This document shows positions 1-9,451 of a stretch of DNA of 64,000 nt, piece after piece. The notes under the pieces were generated by a model, which saw nothing but the letters and a program-made list of their open reading frames with translations, was not told the DNA's origin and searched no databases. Position 1 is the stretch's first letter. Each line of letters begins with the position of its first letter. The position numbers were made by a program, and so were the translations under genes. Source of the stretch: Betaproteobacteria bacterium (GTDB lineage: Bacteria > Pseudomonadota > Gammaproteobacteria > Burkholderiales > SG8-39); contig JAOUIL010000003.1 of the NCBI GenBank assembly GCA_029883975.1, positions 23,164 through 87,163 of the forward strand, written 5' to 3'.

Positions 1-554
1 AGCGCGATGCCGAGCTCGACGACCATCGGCATGCCGTAGGTGGCCGCGGTCGCGGCGAAGAACAGGCCGTTCTCCAGCGCGAGGAAGCCGATCACCTGCG
101 GCACGGCCTTGGAGCGCGTGATCATCATCATCAGCGACAGCAGCACGCAGGCGAGCGCGATGCCCAGCGTGCCGCGCGCGACGGACGCCGACAGCTCGGA
201 GATCGGCTGCGCCAGGTTGAAGGCGAAGATGACCAGCACGATGCCGACGATCAGCGTGGTGGGAATGTTGATCAGCGTCTCGATGTCCCAGCGCACGTTC
301 AGGCGGTCGATCACGCGGTGCAGCAGCCACGGAATGAGGAACACCTTGAGCGCGAGCGTCAGGCCCGCCGAGACGTACAGGTGCGGCTGGTGCGAGACGT
401 AGCCCATCGCGGCCGTGGCGGCGACCAGCACCACGCCCTGCATCGTGTACAGGTGGATCAGCGACAGGATGCGCCGCTGCGCGAGCATGGCGAAGGCGAG
501 CAGCAACAGCAGCGCCGCGAGCAGGTTGATGAACTGCAGCGCGAGGCCGCTCAT
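1..554 (-). CDS. hyfE: Hydrogenase-4 / Ehr-type membrane subunit HyfE-like (3' end runs off the window)
   Basis: Read manually on the minus strand: MSGLALQFINLLAALLLLLAFAMLAQRRI...QVIGFLALENGLFFAA. ATG overlaps the hyfC stop (ATGA). Order hyfB-hyfC-hyfE. Confidence 0.8.
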   Translation of the reverse strand, partial: MSGLALQFINLLAALLLLLAFAMLAQRRILSLIHLYTMQGVVLVAATAAMGYVSHQPHLYVSAGLTLALKVFLIPWLLHRVIDRLNVRWDIETLINIPTTLIVGIVLVIFAFNLAQPISELSASVARGTLGIALACVLLSLMMMITRSKAVPQVIGFLALENGLFFAATAATYGMPMVVELGIA

Positions 555-1507
555 CGGCCGGGCGCGCCGAGCAGCAGGTTCACCAGCATGGCGATCACCG
601 CGAGCATGAAGGCCATGCCGAGGAACTCCGGCACGCGGAAGATGCGCATCTTGGCCGACAGCGTCTCCAGCAGCGCGAGCAGGAAGCCGCCCAGCGCCAG
701 CTTGGCGAGCAGCAGCGGCAGCGCGGCGAGCAGCGCGAGCGGCGCGTGCGCCCCGGCCACGCCCCAGGGCACGAACAGCGCGATGCCGATGCAGGCGTAG
801 GCGAACAGCTTCAGCGCGGCCGCCCATTCCATCAGCGCGAGGTGCCGCCCCGAGTACTCGAGCACCAGCGCCTCGTGGATCATGGTCAGCTCCAGGTGCG
901 TGGCCGGGTTGTCCACCGGCACGCGCGCGTTCTCGGCCAGCGCCACCATGACCAGCGCCACGGCCGCGAGCGCGAGGCTGGGCTGGATGCCGACCTCGCG
1001 CGCCGAGAGCGTGCGCACGATGGTGGTGAGCGAGGTCGAGTCCGAGATCAGCGCGGTGGTGAACAGCACCATCAGCAGCGCCGGCTCGGCGAGGAAGCCC
1101 ACCAGCATCTCGCGGCGCGCGCCGAGCGAGCCGAAGGCGGTGCCGATGTCCATCGCGGCGAGCGACACGAACACGCGCGCCAGCGCGAACAGGCCCACCA
1201 GCGCGATCGCGTCGGCCGCGGGCGAGAGCGGCAGCTCGGTGGACAGCGTCGGCACGATGCCGCAGGCGAGCGTCATGCAGCCGAACACGAGGTACGGTGC
1301 GGCGCGAAACAGCGGCGAGGCGCGCTCGGCGAGGACCGAATCCTTGTTGAACAGCTTGTGCAGCGTGCGGTAGGGCTGCAGCAGCCCGGGGCCGCGGCGA
1401 CTCTGCAGCCAGGCGCGGCACTGGTTGACCCAGCCCAGGAACAGCGGCGCGAGCGCGAGCGCCGCGAGGATCTCGAGCAGCTGCGCGGCGAAGCCGAGCG
1501 CGCTCAT
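551..1507 (-). CDS. hyfC: Hydrogenase-4 subunit C / NuoH-like membrane subunit
   Basis: C-terminal part of ORF 551..3337: LQSRRGPGLLQPYRTLHKL, GSLGARRE, ENARVPVDNPATHLELTMIHEALVLEYSG. ATG at 1507 overlaps the hyfB stop. Confidence 0.85.
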   Translation of the reverse strand: MSALGFAAQLLEILAALALAPLFLGWVNQCRAWLQSRRGPGLLQPYRTLHKLFNKDSVLAERASPLFRAAPYLVFGCMTLACGIVPTLSTELPLSPAADAIALVGLFALARVFVSLAAMDIGTAFGSLGARREMLVGFLAEPALLMVLFTTALISDSTSLTTIVRTLSAREVGIQPSLALAAVALVMVALAENARVPVDNPATHLELTMIHEALVLEYSGRHLALMEWAAALKLFAYACIGIALFVPWGVAGAHAPLALLAALPLLLAKLALGGFLLALLETLSAKMRIFRVPEFLGMAFMLAVIAMLVNLLLGAPGR

Positions 1508-3522
1508 CGCGTCACCCACACCAGCAACGCGATCACGGTGGCGAAGCTGTACAGCAGGTAGATGGCGATGCGCCCCTGCTGCAGCCGGCCGACGAAGCGC
1601 GCGGTCGCCTCCACCGCGCGCGCCGCCGGCAGGTAGAGCCAGTGCCAGAAATGGTCGCCCACCTCCACTGCGTAGCGCGGGCGCGCGTCGAAGGCGGTGG
1701 GCAGCTCGCGCTGCATGCGGAACAGCGGCTCGAAGATCTGCCGCACCGGCTGGCCGAAGCCCTCGGCGGTGTCCTGCATGCGCGCGTTCTGCCACGGGTG
1801 GCCGCAGTCCCAGGCCGGCGCGCGGCGCACGCGCCCGTGGTACAGCCGCCGCACGAGGAAGAACGCGAGCGCGAAGCTCGCCGCCACGCCCGCGAGGAAG
1901 AACAGCGGCGCGTAGCTGGCGCGCTCGATCGACACCGGCACGAGCAGCCAGTTGCCGCCGGCGAGCGTCGTCAGGCTCGCGTGCACGAGCATCGTGGTCA
2001 CCGGCGCGAGCACGTCCAGGCCCTGCGCGGGCAGCAGGCCGAGCGCGACGCAGCCCGCCATCAGCCACAGCATGCCGGTGCGCTCCCAGGGCCCGGCGTC
2101 GTGCGCGCCGGCGAGCTTTTCCTCGCGGTGCTGGCCGAGGAACACCACGCCGTAGAACTTGACCATCACGTAGCCGGCGAGCGCGGCCACCAGCGCGATC
2201 AGCGCCGCCACCGCGGGCACCAGCATGTTGAGGAACGAGTTGGGCAGGTGCGGGGTAAAGAGGAAGCTCTGCAGCAGCAGCCACTCCGAGACGAAGCCGC
2301 CGAGCGGCGGCAGCCCCGCGCTCGCCAGCACGCCGAGCAGCGTCGCCCAGCCGACCCAGGGCATGACGCGCATCAGCCCGCCCAGCCGCCCGAGGCTGCG
2401 CTCGCTGGTCGCGTGCAGCACCGCGCCGGTGGCGATGAACAGCAGGCTCTTGAAGAACGCGTGGCTCGCCACGTGGTAGAGCGCCGCGGTGAGCGCGAGC
2501 GCCGCCACCGCGTCCATGCCGTAGGCGGCGAACAGCAGCGCGAGCCCGATGCCGGCGAAGATCAGCCCGATATTCTCGACCGAGGACCAGGCGAGCAGGC
2601 GCTTCATGTCGGACTGCACCGCCGCGAACACCACGCCGAACAGCGCGGTGACCAGGCCGATGGCCAGCACCAGCACGCCCCACCACCAGATCTGCGCGGG
2701 CAGCAGGTCGTAGGCGACGCGCAGGAAGCCGTACACCGCGGTCTTCAGCATCACGCCGCTCATCAGCGCCGAGACGGGCGAGGGCGCCGCCGGGTGCGCT
2801 TCCGGCAGCCACACGTGCAGCGGCACGAGGCCCGCCTTGGCGCCGAAGCCGACGAGCGCGAGCACGAACGCGATCGAGGCCCAGAAGGGCGGGAGATTCT
2901 GCAGGCGCATGTTGGCGAAGCTGTAGTCGCCGGTGTTCGCCTGCAGCACGCCGAAGCAGAGCAGGATCGCGATGGCGCCCAGGTGCGCGATCAGCAGGTA
3001 CAGGTAGCCCGCGCGGCGGATCTCGGCGCTGCGGTGGTTCGCGGTGACGAGGAAGAACGAGGCGAGCGCCATCGTCTCCCACATCACCATGAAGGCGTAG
3101 GCGTCGTCGGCCAGCACCACCAGCGCCATCGCGGCGAGGAACACGTGGTACTGGAAGCACAGCAGCCCGGGAGGCGTTCCCTCCGCGCGGCGGAAATACC
3201 CGGCGGAGAACAGCGAAACGCCGGCGGCGGCGCCGCCGATCACCATCAGGAAGAGCGCGGAGAGCGCGTCCAGCCGGAAGTGGAAGGGCAGCCCGGGCAG
3301 GCCGATCGGCAGCACCGCGGTCTGCGGCGTGCCCCACACCGCGGGCAGCGCGACGACGACCAGCGCGATCGCCACTGCGGCGCCGGCGGGAAACAGCACG
3401 CGCGCCACGAGCACGAAGCGCTGCAGCGCGGCGAGCCCCGCCACGCCGAGCACGATCCAGGCCGCGGCGAGCGCGAGCGCCGCAGCGAGCTGCGGGGCGG
3501 CGCTTACTTGCCCTCCCGGCAC
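1504..3522 (-). CDS. hyfB: Hydrogenase-4 subunit B / NuoL-MrpA-like antiporter subunit
   Basis: KAGLVPLHVWLPEAHPAAPSPVSALMSGVMLK, DMKRLLAWSSVENIG, many TM helices. Exact start is uncertain. Confidence 0.85.
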   Translation of the reverse strand: MPGGQVSAAPQLAAALALAAAWIVLGVAGLAALQRFVLVARVLFPAGAAVAIALVVVALPAVWGTPQTAVLPIGLPGLPFHFRLDALSALFLMVIGGAAAGVSLFSAGYFRRAEGTPPGLLCFQYHVFLAAMALVVLADDAYAFMVMWETMALASFFLVTANHRSAEIRRAGYLYLLIAHLGAIAILLCFGVLQANTGDYSFANMRLQNLPPFWASIAFVLALVGFGAKAGLVPLHVWLPEAHPAAPSPVSALMSGVMLKTAVYGFLRVAYDLLPAQIWWWGVLVLAIGLVTALFGVVFAAVQSDMKRLLAWSSVENIGLIFAGIGLALLFAAYGMDAVAALALTAALYHVASHAFFKSLLFIATGAVLHATSERSLGRLGGLMRVMPWVGWATLLGVLASAGLPPLGGFVSEWLLLQSFLFTPHLPNSFLNMLVPAVAALIALVAALAGYVMVKFYGVVFLGQHREEKLAGAHDAGPWERTGMLWLMAGCVALGLLPAQGLDVLAPVTTMLVHASLTTLAGGNWLLVPVSIERASYAPLFFLAGVAASFALAFFLVRRLYHGRVRRAPAWDCGHPWQNARMQDTAEGFGQPVRQIFEPLFRMQRELPTAFDARPRYAVEVGDHFWHWLYLPAARAVEATARFVGRLQQGRIAIYLLYSFATVIALLVWVTR

Positions 3523-3908
3523 TCGTGCAGCTGGCGGTACACGTGCCCGTTCCTGCCGGAGACGAACGCGTACACGAAGTCGGCGCCGCCCGCGGCGCGG
3601 CCGCGCGCGCCGTAGCGCACGAACACGCAGTCGCTCATCATCTGCGCGTCGGCGCGGTAGTCGCCCGCGTCGCCCGAGCGCAGCAGCCGCAGCGCCACGC
3701 CGCGCTCGCCCACGCGCCGCAGCTCGAACTCCAGGTCGCGTCCCACCAGGTAGCGGCAGCCGAGGCTGCCGTCGGCCTCCAGGTCGCAGCGCGCGCCGCG
3801 CCGCGTCGCCTCGTAGGGCGGTTCGAGCGCGTCCGCGGGCGCGGCGGCGACGAGCGCCGCCGCAGCCAGCGCCCGCCTAAACGCGCCGCCCGGTGTAGTC
3901 CTCGGCAA
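3504..3908 (-). CDS. Hypothetical secreted protein with 4 Cys
   Basis: Signal-peptide-like RRALAAAALVAAAPADA; fills the gap between KTSC and hyfB and overlaps both. Confidence 0.6.
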   Translation of the reverse strand: MPRTTPGGAFRRALAAAALVAAAPADALEPPYEATRRGARCDLEADGSLGCRYLVGRDLEFELRRVGERGVALRLLRSGDAGDYRADAQMMSDCVFVRYGARGRAAGGADFVYAFVSGRNGHVYRQLHECREGK

Positions 3909-4086
3909 TCTTGTCGTCGTAGAAGGTGGTGGGGTTCGGCGCCGCCATGAAGCGCCGGTAGACCTCGGGATAGACCTTCGGGTACTGCCAGACCTGGCCG
4001 TTGGCGAGCTCCACTTCCAGCGTCTGGTTCTTCTCGTCGTAGCCGACCGCGCGGATCTTCGAGGAGTTGACGCGCTTGCGGTCCAT
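3877..4086 (-). CDS. KTSC domain protein
   Basis: 69 aa with VNSSKIRAVGYD..TLEVEL.NG..WQY..V..EVYRRFMAA, the typical KTSC pattern. Confidence 0.85.
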   Translation of the reverse strand: MDRKRVNSSKIRAVGYDEKNQTLEVELANGQVWQYPKVYPEVYRRFMAAPNPTTFYDDKIAEDYTGRRV

Positions 4087-4880
4087 CAGCGCACCCGCTT
4101 CGCGTTCCAGGCGCCGCCGCTGTCGACCGCGCCCTCGATCGCCGCACCCTGCACGCGGCCGCTGTAGGTCTTGCCGGCCAGCCTGAACGACAGGCGCTCG
4201 CCGCGCAGCGCCACGTTCTCGAGCGCCACGTCCCCGCCCTTGGCGCGCGCGGTGCCGCTGACGCGGGTGATCTGCTGCTTCAGGTCGAGCGTCACCGGGC
4301 CGCCGGGCAGGCTCGCCGTCCAGCGTCCCTCGACCTTCGCCGGCACCACGTACAGGTAGATCAGCGTCGTGGTCACGCCGCTGATCTGCACCTTCTCCTC
4401 GAGGTCCATCTGCACGTACTTTTCCGGGATCCAGCCGGACAGCGGATAGTCGTGCGACAGCACGCGCGTGCCGGGGCGCAGCTCGGCGAGCAGCTTGTCG
4501 CGCAGCAGGTTCACGGTCTCGGGCAGCAGGTACAGGGTGAGCACCGTGGCGCGCGAGATGTCGGTCTTGAACAGGTCGGCCTTGACGAACTTCACGCGAT
4601 CGGCGATGCCCTCGCGCTGCGCGTCGGCGTTCGCCTGGCGCACCAGCTCGTCCTTGATCTCGACGCCGAAGCCGCTCGCGCCGAACACCAGCGCCGCGGT
4701 GCGCACGATGCGCCCGTCTCCCGAGCCGAGGTCGACGAGGAAGTCCGTCGGGCCGACGTCGGCGTACTCCAGCATCTTCGACACCACGCTCTGCGGCGAG
4801 GGCACGTACGGCCCGGCGTCGACCGGCTTGTCGGCCAGCGCGGCGAGCGGCAGCAGCAGCGCGAGCGCCAGCAGCCTCAC
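4086..4880 (-). CDS. Class I SAM-dependent methyltransferase with N-terminal signal peptide
   Basis: PYVPSPQSVV, VDLGSGDGRIV, VLTLYLLP, RVLSHDY. GTG start overlaps the recJ stop. Confidence 0.8.
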   Translation of the reverse strand: MRLLALALLLPLAALADKPVDAGPYVPSPQSVVSKMLEYADVGPTDFLVDLGSGDGRIVRTAALVFGASGFGVEIKDELVRQANADAQREGIADRVKFVKADLFKTDISRATVLTLYLLPETVNLLRDKLLAELRPGTRVLSHDYPLSGWIPEKYVQMDLEEKVQISGVTTTLIYLYVVPAKVEGRWTASLPGGPVTLDLKQQITRVSGTARAKGGDVALENVALRGERLSFRLAGKTYSGRVQGAAIEGAVDSGGAWNAKRVR

Positions 4881-6565
4881 GGCGCTTCCACGTGCTCGAC
4901 GTTGACCTGCACCGACGGCACGCCCTGCCAGTCGTTCACGCTCAGCCGGTAGGCGGCGCGAAAGCGGGCGGGCAGAGGGTCGAGGGCGTTGAAGCGCATG
5001 GCGTCCAGTCGCCGGCCGTCCATCACGAGCTTGAGCTTGGAGTGCTTTTCGCCGACGACGCGCTGGCTTTCGAGCGCGAATGTATCGCAGAAGAGCGGCG
5101 CCGGAAAGCCCGGGCCCCAGACGCCCGCCTCCAGCAGCTGCGCGAGGCCGAGCGAGAGCTCGGATGCGCTCAGGTTGCCGTCGGTCTCGACGGTGCGCGT
5201 CAGCGCCTCGCGCGGCATGGTCTGCTCGGCGACCTGCGCCAGCACCTCGCGGAAGCGCTCGAAGTCGGCGGCGCGCAGCGTGAGGCCCGCGGCCTGGGCG
5301 TGCCCGCCGAAGCGCGCGACGAGGCCCGGCGCGCGCTTGGCGACCAGGTCGAGGCAGTCGCGCAGGTGAAACCCCGGGATCGAGCGTCCCGAGCCGCGAA
5401 TGTCGCCGCCCGCCGACGGGGCGAAGCAGAACACCGGGCGGTGCAGCCGCTCGCGCAGGCGCGCGGCGAGGATGCCCACCACGCCCTGGTGCCACGAGGG
5501 ATCGTAGAAGGCGGCCGCCGCGCCCGGCGCCTCGGCGATCGCTTCCGCCGCGGCCCTGGCCTGCTCGAGCATGCCGGCCTCGATCCTGCGGCGCTCGCGG
5601 TTGAGGCGGTCGAGCTCCAGCGCGCCGTTCGCCGCCGCGCCCGGGTCGTCGGTCACCAGGCAGGCGATGCCCAGGCTCATGTCCGCCAGGCGCCCCGCGG
5701 CATTCAGGCGCGGGCCGAGCACGAAGCCCAGGTCGAAGCCGCCGGCCTGCGCCGGCGCGCGTCCCGCGGCGCGCAGCAGCGCGTCGATCCCGGGCTGCGA
5801 TTTCCCTGCGCGGACGCGCTTCAGGCCTTGCGCGACGAGGATGCGGTTGTTGGCGTCGAGCGGCACCACGTCGGCGACCGTGCCGAGCGCCACCAGGTCG
5901 GTGAGCGCGGCGAGGTTGGGCTCGGGCTTGCCGTCGAAGGCGCCGCGCCGGCGCAGCTCGGCGCGCAGCGCGAGCATCACGTAGAACATGACGCCGACGC
6001 CGGCGAGCGCCTTGGAGGCGAAGCCGCAGCCCGGCTGGTTGGGATTGACGATGCACGCCGCGCGTGGCAACTCGGCGCCGGGCAGGTGATGGTCCGTGAT
6101 CAGCGTGTCGATGCCGAGCTGCCGCGCGCGCTCCACGCCCTCGACGCTCGCGATGCCGTTGTCCACCGTGATCAGCAGCTGCGGCCTGCGCCCGGCCGCG
6201 AGGTCGGCGAGCTCGGGCGTCAGGCCATAGCCCAACTCGAAGCGGTTGGGCACCAGGTAATCCACCTCGGCGCCCATCGCCGAGAGCGCGCGCATGCCGA
6301 CCGCGCAGGCGGTGGCGCCGTCGGCGTCATAGTCGGCGACGATCAGCAGGCGCCTTTTCGCCGCGATGGCGTCCGCGAGCAGCGCCGCGGCCTCCTCGCA
6401 GCGCGCGAGCGAAGCCGGCGGCAGCAGCCGCCGCACGTCGTCGTCGAGCTCGGCGGCCGAGCGCACGCGCCGCGCGGCGTACACGCGCGCCAGCACCGGG
6501 TGCACGCCGGCGTTCACCAGCGCCCGGCGGTCCGCCTCGCTGAAGGCGCGCTCAACGATGCGCAT
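4877..6565 (-). CDS. recJ: Single-stranded-DNA-specific exonuclease RecJ
   Basis: DYDADG, ITVDNGI, TDHH, GTVADVVPL, RGSGRS and FGGHAQAAG motifs. Confidence 0.97.
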   Translation of the reverse strand: MRIVERAFSEADRRALVNAGVHPVLARVYAARRVRSAAELDDDVRRLLPPASLARCEEAAALLADAIAAKRRLLIVADYDADGATACAVGMRALSAMGAEVDYLVPNRFELGYGLTPELADLAAGRRPQLLITVDNGIASVEGVERARQLGIDTLITDHHLPGAELPRAACIVNPNQPGCGFASKALAGVGVMFYVMLALRAELRRRGAFDGKPEPNLAALTDLVALGTVADVVPLDANNRILVAQGLKRVRAGKSQPGIDALLRAAGRAPAQAGGFDLGFVLGPRLNAAGRLADMSLGIACLVTDDPGAAANGALELDRLNRERRRIEAGMLEQARAAAEAIAEAPGAAAAFYDPSWHQGVVGILAARLRERLHRPVFCFAPSAGGDIRGSGRSIPGFHLRDCLDLVAKRAPGLVARFGGHAQAAGLTLRAADFERFREVLAQVAEQTMPREALTRTVETDGNLSASELSLGLAQLLEAGVWGPGFPAPLFCDTFALESQRVVGEKHSKLKLVMDGRRLDAMRFNALDPLPARFRAAYRLSVNDWQGVPSVQVNVEHVEAP

Positions 6566-7442
6566 GGCTCTCGAGCGGGCGCGCGCGCCGCCAGAAGCGC
6601 CGCAGATCGTGGCGCGCGGCTTCCACGGCGAGCCCCGCCCCGGGCGCGTGCAGGGTCAGCATGCCAAGGCGGCCCGCGCGCAGCGCTTCGAGCAGCGGCG
6701 CGAACCAGGCTTCGTCCATCGCGCCCTCGAGCGCGCCGAGCTGGACGAGGTGGCGTCCTGCGCCGGGCAGCGCCGCCAGCCACTCGGCGGCCGCGCGCGG
6801 GGCCGCGTGCGATTCGATGCCGGCGGCGCGCGCCAGGCCGCGCGCGAGCGGATCGTCCGAGGCGATCGAGCGCCACGGCGCGCGCAGCGCTGCAGGCAGC
6901 TCCCCCGCGCCCCACAGCCAGACGCCGTTCGCCGCGGCCTCGCGGCCTTCGTTCGCCGGGTGGTCGTGCAGCGCCATCTGGATCTCGTTCAAGAGCGCGG
7001 GCCACGGCGCGGCGGGCATGCACTCGGCGAAATCGCGCCCCCAGACTTCCGCGGCCGGCGGCGCGTCGATCGGCGCGGGCGCGCTCGACATCGTCCACGC
7101 GTCCGGGGTCGCGGCGCGGAACTCGTGGCGCCCGGCGAAGTGGCGGTTGAGCGTCCCGACGAGCGCGTCCGCGGCCCGCGCGTCGAGCGCCGTGGCGGGC
7201 ACGATCACCACCCGGTCGCGCAGCACGCGGTAGTGCACCGGATCGGCGCGCAGCCGGAATCCCGCCTCGCCCGCGGTGAGCGCGCCCGCGGGAACCGGGT
7301 CGAGCCCGCAGGCGCGGCCGAGCCATGCCGCGGCGCCTTGCGGGTCGGCGCGCGTCGCGCGCCCGCGCGCGAGCAGCAGCTCGAGCGCCGGCAGCCGCGC
7401 CTCGGCCGCCAGCGCGCCGGCGAGCATCAGCTCGCAGTGCAT
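6552..7442 (-). CDS. RpfE-like / phosphoglycerate-mutase-related protein commonly found upstream of recJ
   Basis: RADPVH, LLNEIQMALHDHPANEGR..NGVWLWGAG, C-terminal RRFWRR; overlaps the recJ start. Confidence 0.7.
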   Translation of the reverse strand: MHCELMLAGALAAEARLPALELLLARGRATRADPQGAAAWLGRACGLDPVPAGALTAGEAGFRLRADPVHYRVLRDRVVIVPATALDARAADALVGTLNRHFAGRHEFRAATPDAWTMSSAPAPIDAPPAAEVWGRDFAECMPAAPWPALLNEIQMALHDHPANEGREAAANGVWLWGAGELPAALRAPWRSIASDDPLARGLARAAGIESHAAPRAAAEWLAALPGAGRHLVQLGALEGAMDEAWFAPLLEALRAGRLGMLTLHAPGAGLAVEAARHDLRRFWRRARPLESHAHR

Positions 7443-8815
7443 GCCAGCTCGACGATGCGCGCGCGGCGCCCGAGCAGGTGCCGCACGAGGAGCTTGTACT
7501 GGTCGAGATCGAACCTGGGGCGGCGCGCTGCCTCCAGCAGCGCGGCCACCTCGTCTTCCGACCTCGCGGTGCCGAGGTAGCACCACTGGTGCACGACGTG
7601 CAATTCGCTCGCCTCGCGCTCGCGGTCCTCCTCCAGCACGCCGACCGGGCCGCGCCAGGGCCAGGCGGCGGTCTTCATGCCGGCGAGCGCCGCGGCGAGC
7701 CGCGCGTGGTGCGCGGCCGGTGATTCCTTCGCCGCGCACAGGCCCGCGCAGCGCCCGATCTGGTGGCGGAAGCACGCGCCCTTCCTCGCGCGCTCGAAGC
7801 CCAGGGACTGCAGGCACAGGCCGTGCGCGTCGGCCAGGCCGCGCAGCGCCTCGAGCGCCGCGCGCTTCGAGCGGAACAGGCCGTGCACGTGCTCGAGCCC
7901 TTCGGCGCCGAAATCCCGCGCGAGGCGCAGGCGCAGGCCGTCGAAGGCGAAGCCGCACAGTTCCGTGGCGCGGCGCAGCTGCCGGTTGAACACGGGCAGC
8001 AGCTCCTTGACCAGCGCCGCCTCGCGCAGCAGCGCGCCGAGCTCGCCCGCGGTGCGCTGCCACTCGATGCGGCGCACTTCGCGCGCGAGCTGCATCTCCC
8101 TGCCCGAGCGCAGGTCGCCGGCGAAGTGCGCGAGCACGCGCGAGCGCATGTGCTTCGACTTGCCGACGTAGAGCGGCGTGCCGCCCTCGCCGTAGAACAG
8201 GTATACGCCCGGCGCCTCGGGGATCTCGTCCACCATCGCCGGATCGAGGTGCGGCGGCAGCGACGGCTGCTTGGCCACCTGGCGCGCGGCCACCGCCATC
8301 ACCTCCGCGCCGCGCTCCTCGGCGGCGAGGCGCAGGAACTGCCAGACCGCGTCGGCGTCGCCGAGCGCGCGGTGGCGCGCGCGGCATTGCAGCCCGTGGC
8401 GCGCGATCAGGCTGTCGAGGTTGTGGCGCGCATGCTCCGGGTACAGGCGCCGCGACAGGCGCACCGTGCACAGCGTCTTCGCGCGGAAGTCGAGCCCGGC
8501 GCGCGCGAACTCTCGCTTCAGGAACCCGTAATCGAAGCGCGCGTTGTGCGCGACGAACACGCGGCCCTGCAGGCGCTCGTGCAGGTCCCCGGCGAGGCGC
8601 CCGAAGGTCGGTGCGCCCGCCACCATGTCGTTGGTGATGCCGGTGAGCGCCTGGATGGCCGCGGGGATCGGTGTTTCCGGGTTGACGAGCGTCGACCACT
8701 CGTCGCGCACCTCGCCGCCCTCGACCTCGATGACCGCGATCTCGGTGACGCGGTCGTGCGCCGGGTGCGCGCCGGTGGTTTCCAGGTCGACGATGGCGAG
8801 GGGCGCGTCCAGCAT
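7427..8815 (-). CDS. DEDDh 3'-5' exonuclease fused to a GIY-YIG (Cho/UvrC-like) endonuclease
   Basis: DLETTG, VAHNARFD, HRALGDA, followed by PGVYLFYG...LYVGKS..RSRV..HF and ELGALLREA.LVK...PVFN. Confidence 0.9.
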   Translation of the reverse strand: MLDAPLAIVDLETTGAHPAHDRVTEIAVIEVEGGEVRDEWSTLVNPETPIPAAIQALTGITNDMVAGAPTFGRLAGDLHERLQGRVFVAHNARFDYGFLKREFARAGLDFRAKTLCTVRLSRRLYPEHARHNLDSLIARHGLQCRARHRALGDADAVWQFLRLAAEERGAEVMAVAARQVAKQPSLPPHLDPAMVDEIPEAPGVYLFYGEGGTPLYVGKSKHMRSRVLAHFAGDLRSGREMQLAREVRRIEWQRTAGELGALLREAALVKELLPVFNRQLRRATELCGFAFDGLRLRLARDFGAEGLEHVHGLFRSKRAALEALRGLADAHGLCLQSLGFERARKGACFRHQIGRCAGLCAAKESPAAHHARLAAALAGMKTAAWPWRGPVGVLEEDREREASELHVVHQWCYLGTARSEDEVAALLEAARRPRFDLDQYKLLVRHLLGRRARIVELACTAS

Positions 8816-8831
8816 GGATATACGTCCAGTA
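8812..8831 (-). promoter_or_regulatory. Putative LexA (SOS) box overlapping the start codon of the exonuclease/GIY-YIG gene
   Basis: Minus strand TACTGGACGTATATCCATGC = CTG-N10-CAT, one mismatch to CTG-N10-CAG; -10-like TAGAGT just upstream (8837-8842). Confidence 0.5.
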
Positions 8832-8839
8832 CCGGGACT

Positions 8840-9451
8840 CTAGCGCAAAAGCTGCGCGATCTGCCACGCCGCGAAGCCGAGGATGGTCGCGCCCGAGACG
8901 AAGTTGATGCCGCGCAGCAGGCGCGCGTCGAGCCGCGCGCGCAGGCGGCCGGCGCCGAGCGCGAGGATCAGCCACCACGACGCCGAGCCGAGGAACACCG
9001 CGAGCGTGATCGCCGCGGCGGCCGCGTAGTCCGCGCTCGCCGCGAGCCCGAGCCCGGCGAAGATGGCGGCGAAGGCGAGGATGGTGGGCGGGTTGGCGAG
9101 CGTGAGCGCGAGCGTCGAGAGGAAGGCCTGCGCGAGGCTCGCCGGCTTCTCCGGCGCGCCGTCCGCGCTCGGCTTCGCCATGAGCGTCTGCACGCCGAGC
9201 CAGACGAGGAACGCCGCGCCGGCGAGCCCGATCCAGAACGCGTGCGCGAGCAGCACGCCCGAGATCGCGGTGAGGCCGAAGGCCGCCACCGCGCCGTAGA
9301 AGCCGTCCGCGAGCGCGATCCCCATGCCGGAGGCGAGGCCGGTCGCGGCGCCGAAGGCGAGCGTGCGGCGCAGGCACAGCACCCACATCGGGCCGACGGT
9401 CGCGGCGAGCAGGAAGCCGAAGGCGAGGCCCTTGAGAAAGAGGCCGCTCAT
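8840..9451 (-). CDS. LysE family amino-acid exporter
   Basis: GFLLAATVGPMWVLCLRRTLAFG...G.ALADGFYG, TLANPPTIL. Confidence 0.88.
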   Translation of the reverse strand: MSGLFLKGLAFGFLLAATVGPMWVLCLRRTLAFGAATGLASGMGIALADGFYGAVAAFGLTAISGVLLAHAFWIGLAGAAFLVWLGVQTLMAKPSADGAPEKPASLAQAFLSTLALTLANPPTILAFAAIFAGLGLAASADYAAAAAITLAVFLGSASWWLILALGAGRLRARLDARLLRGINFVSGATILGFAAWQIAQLLR

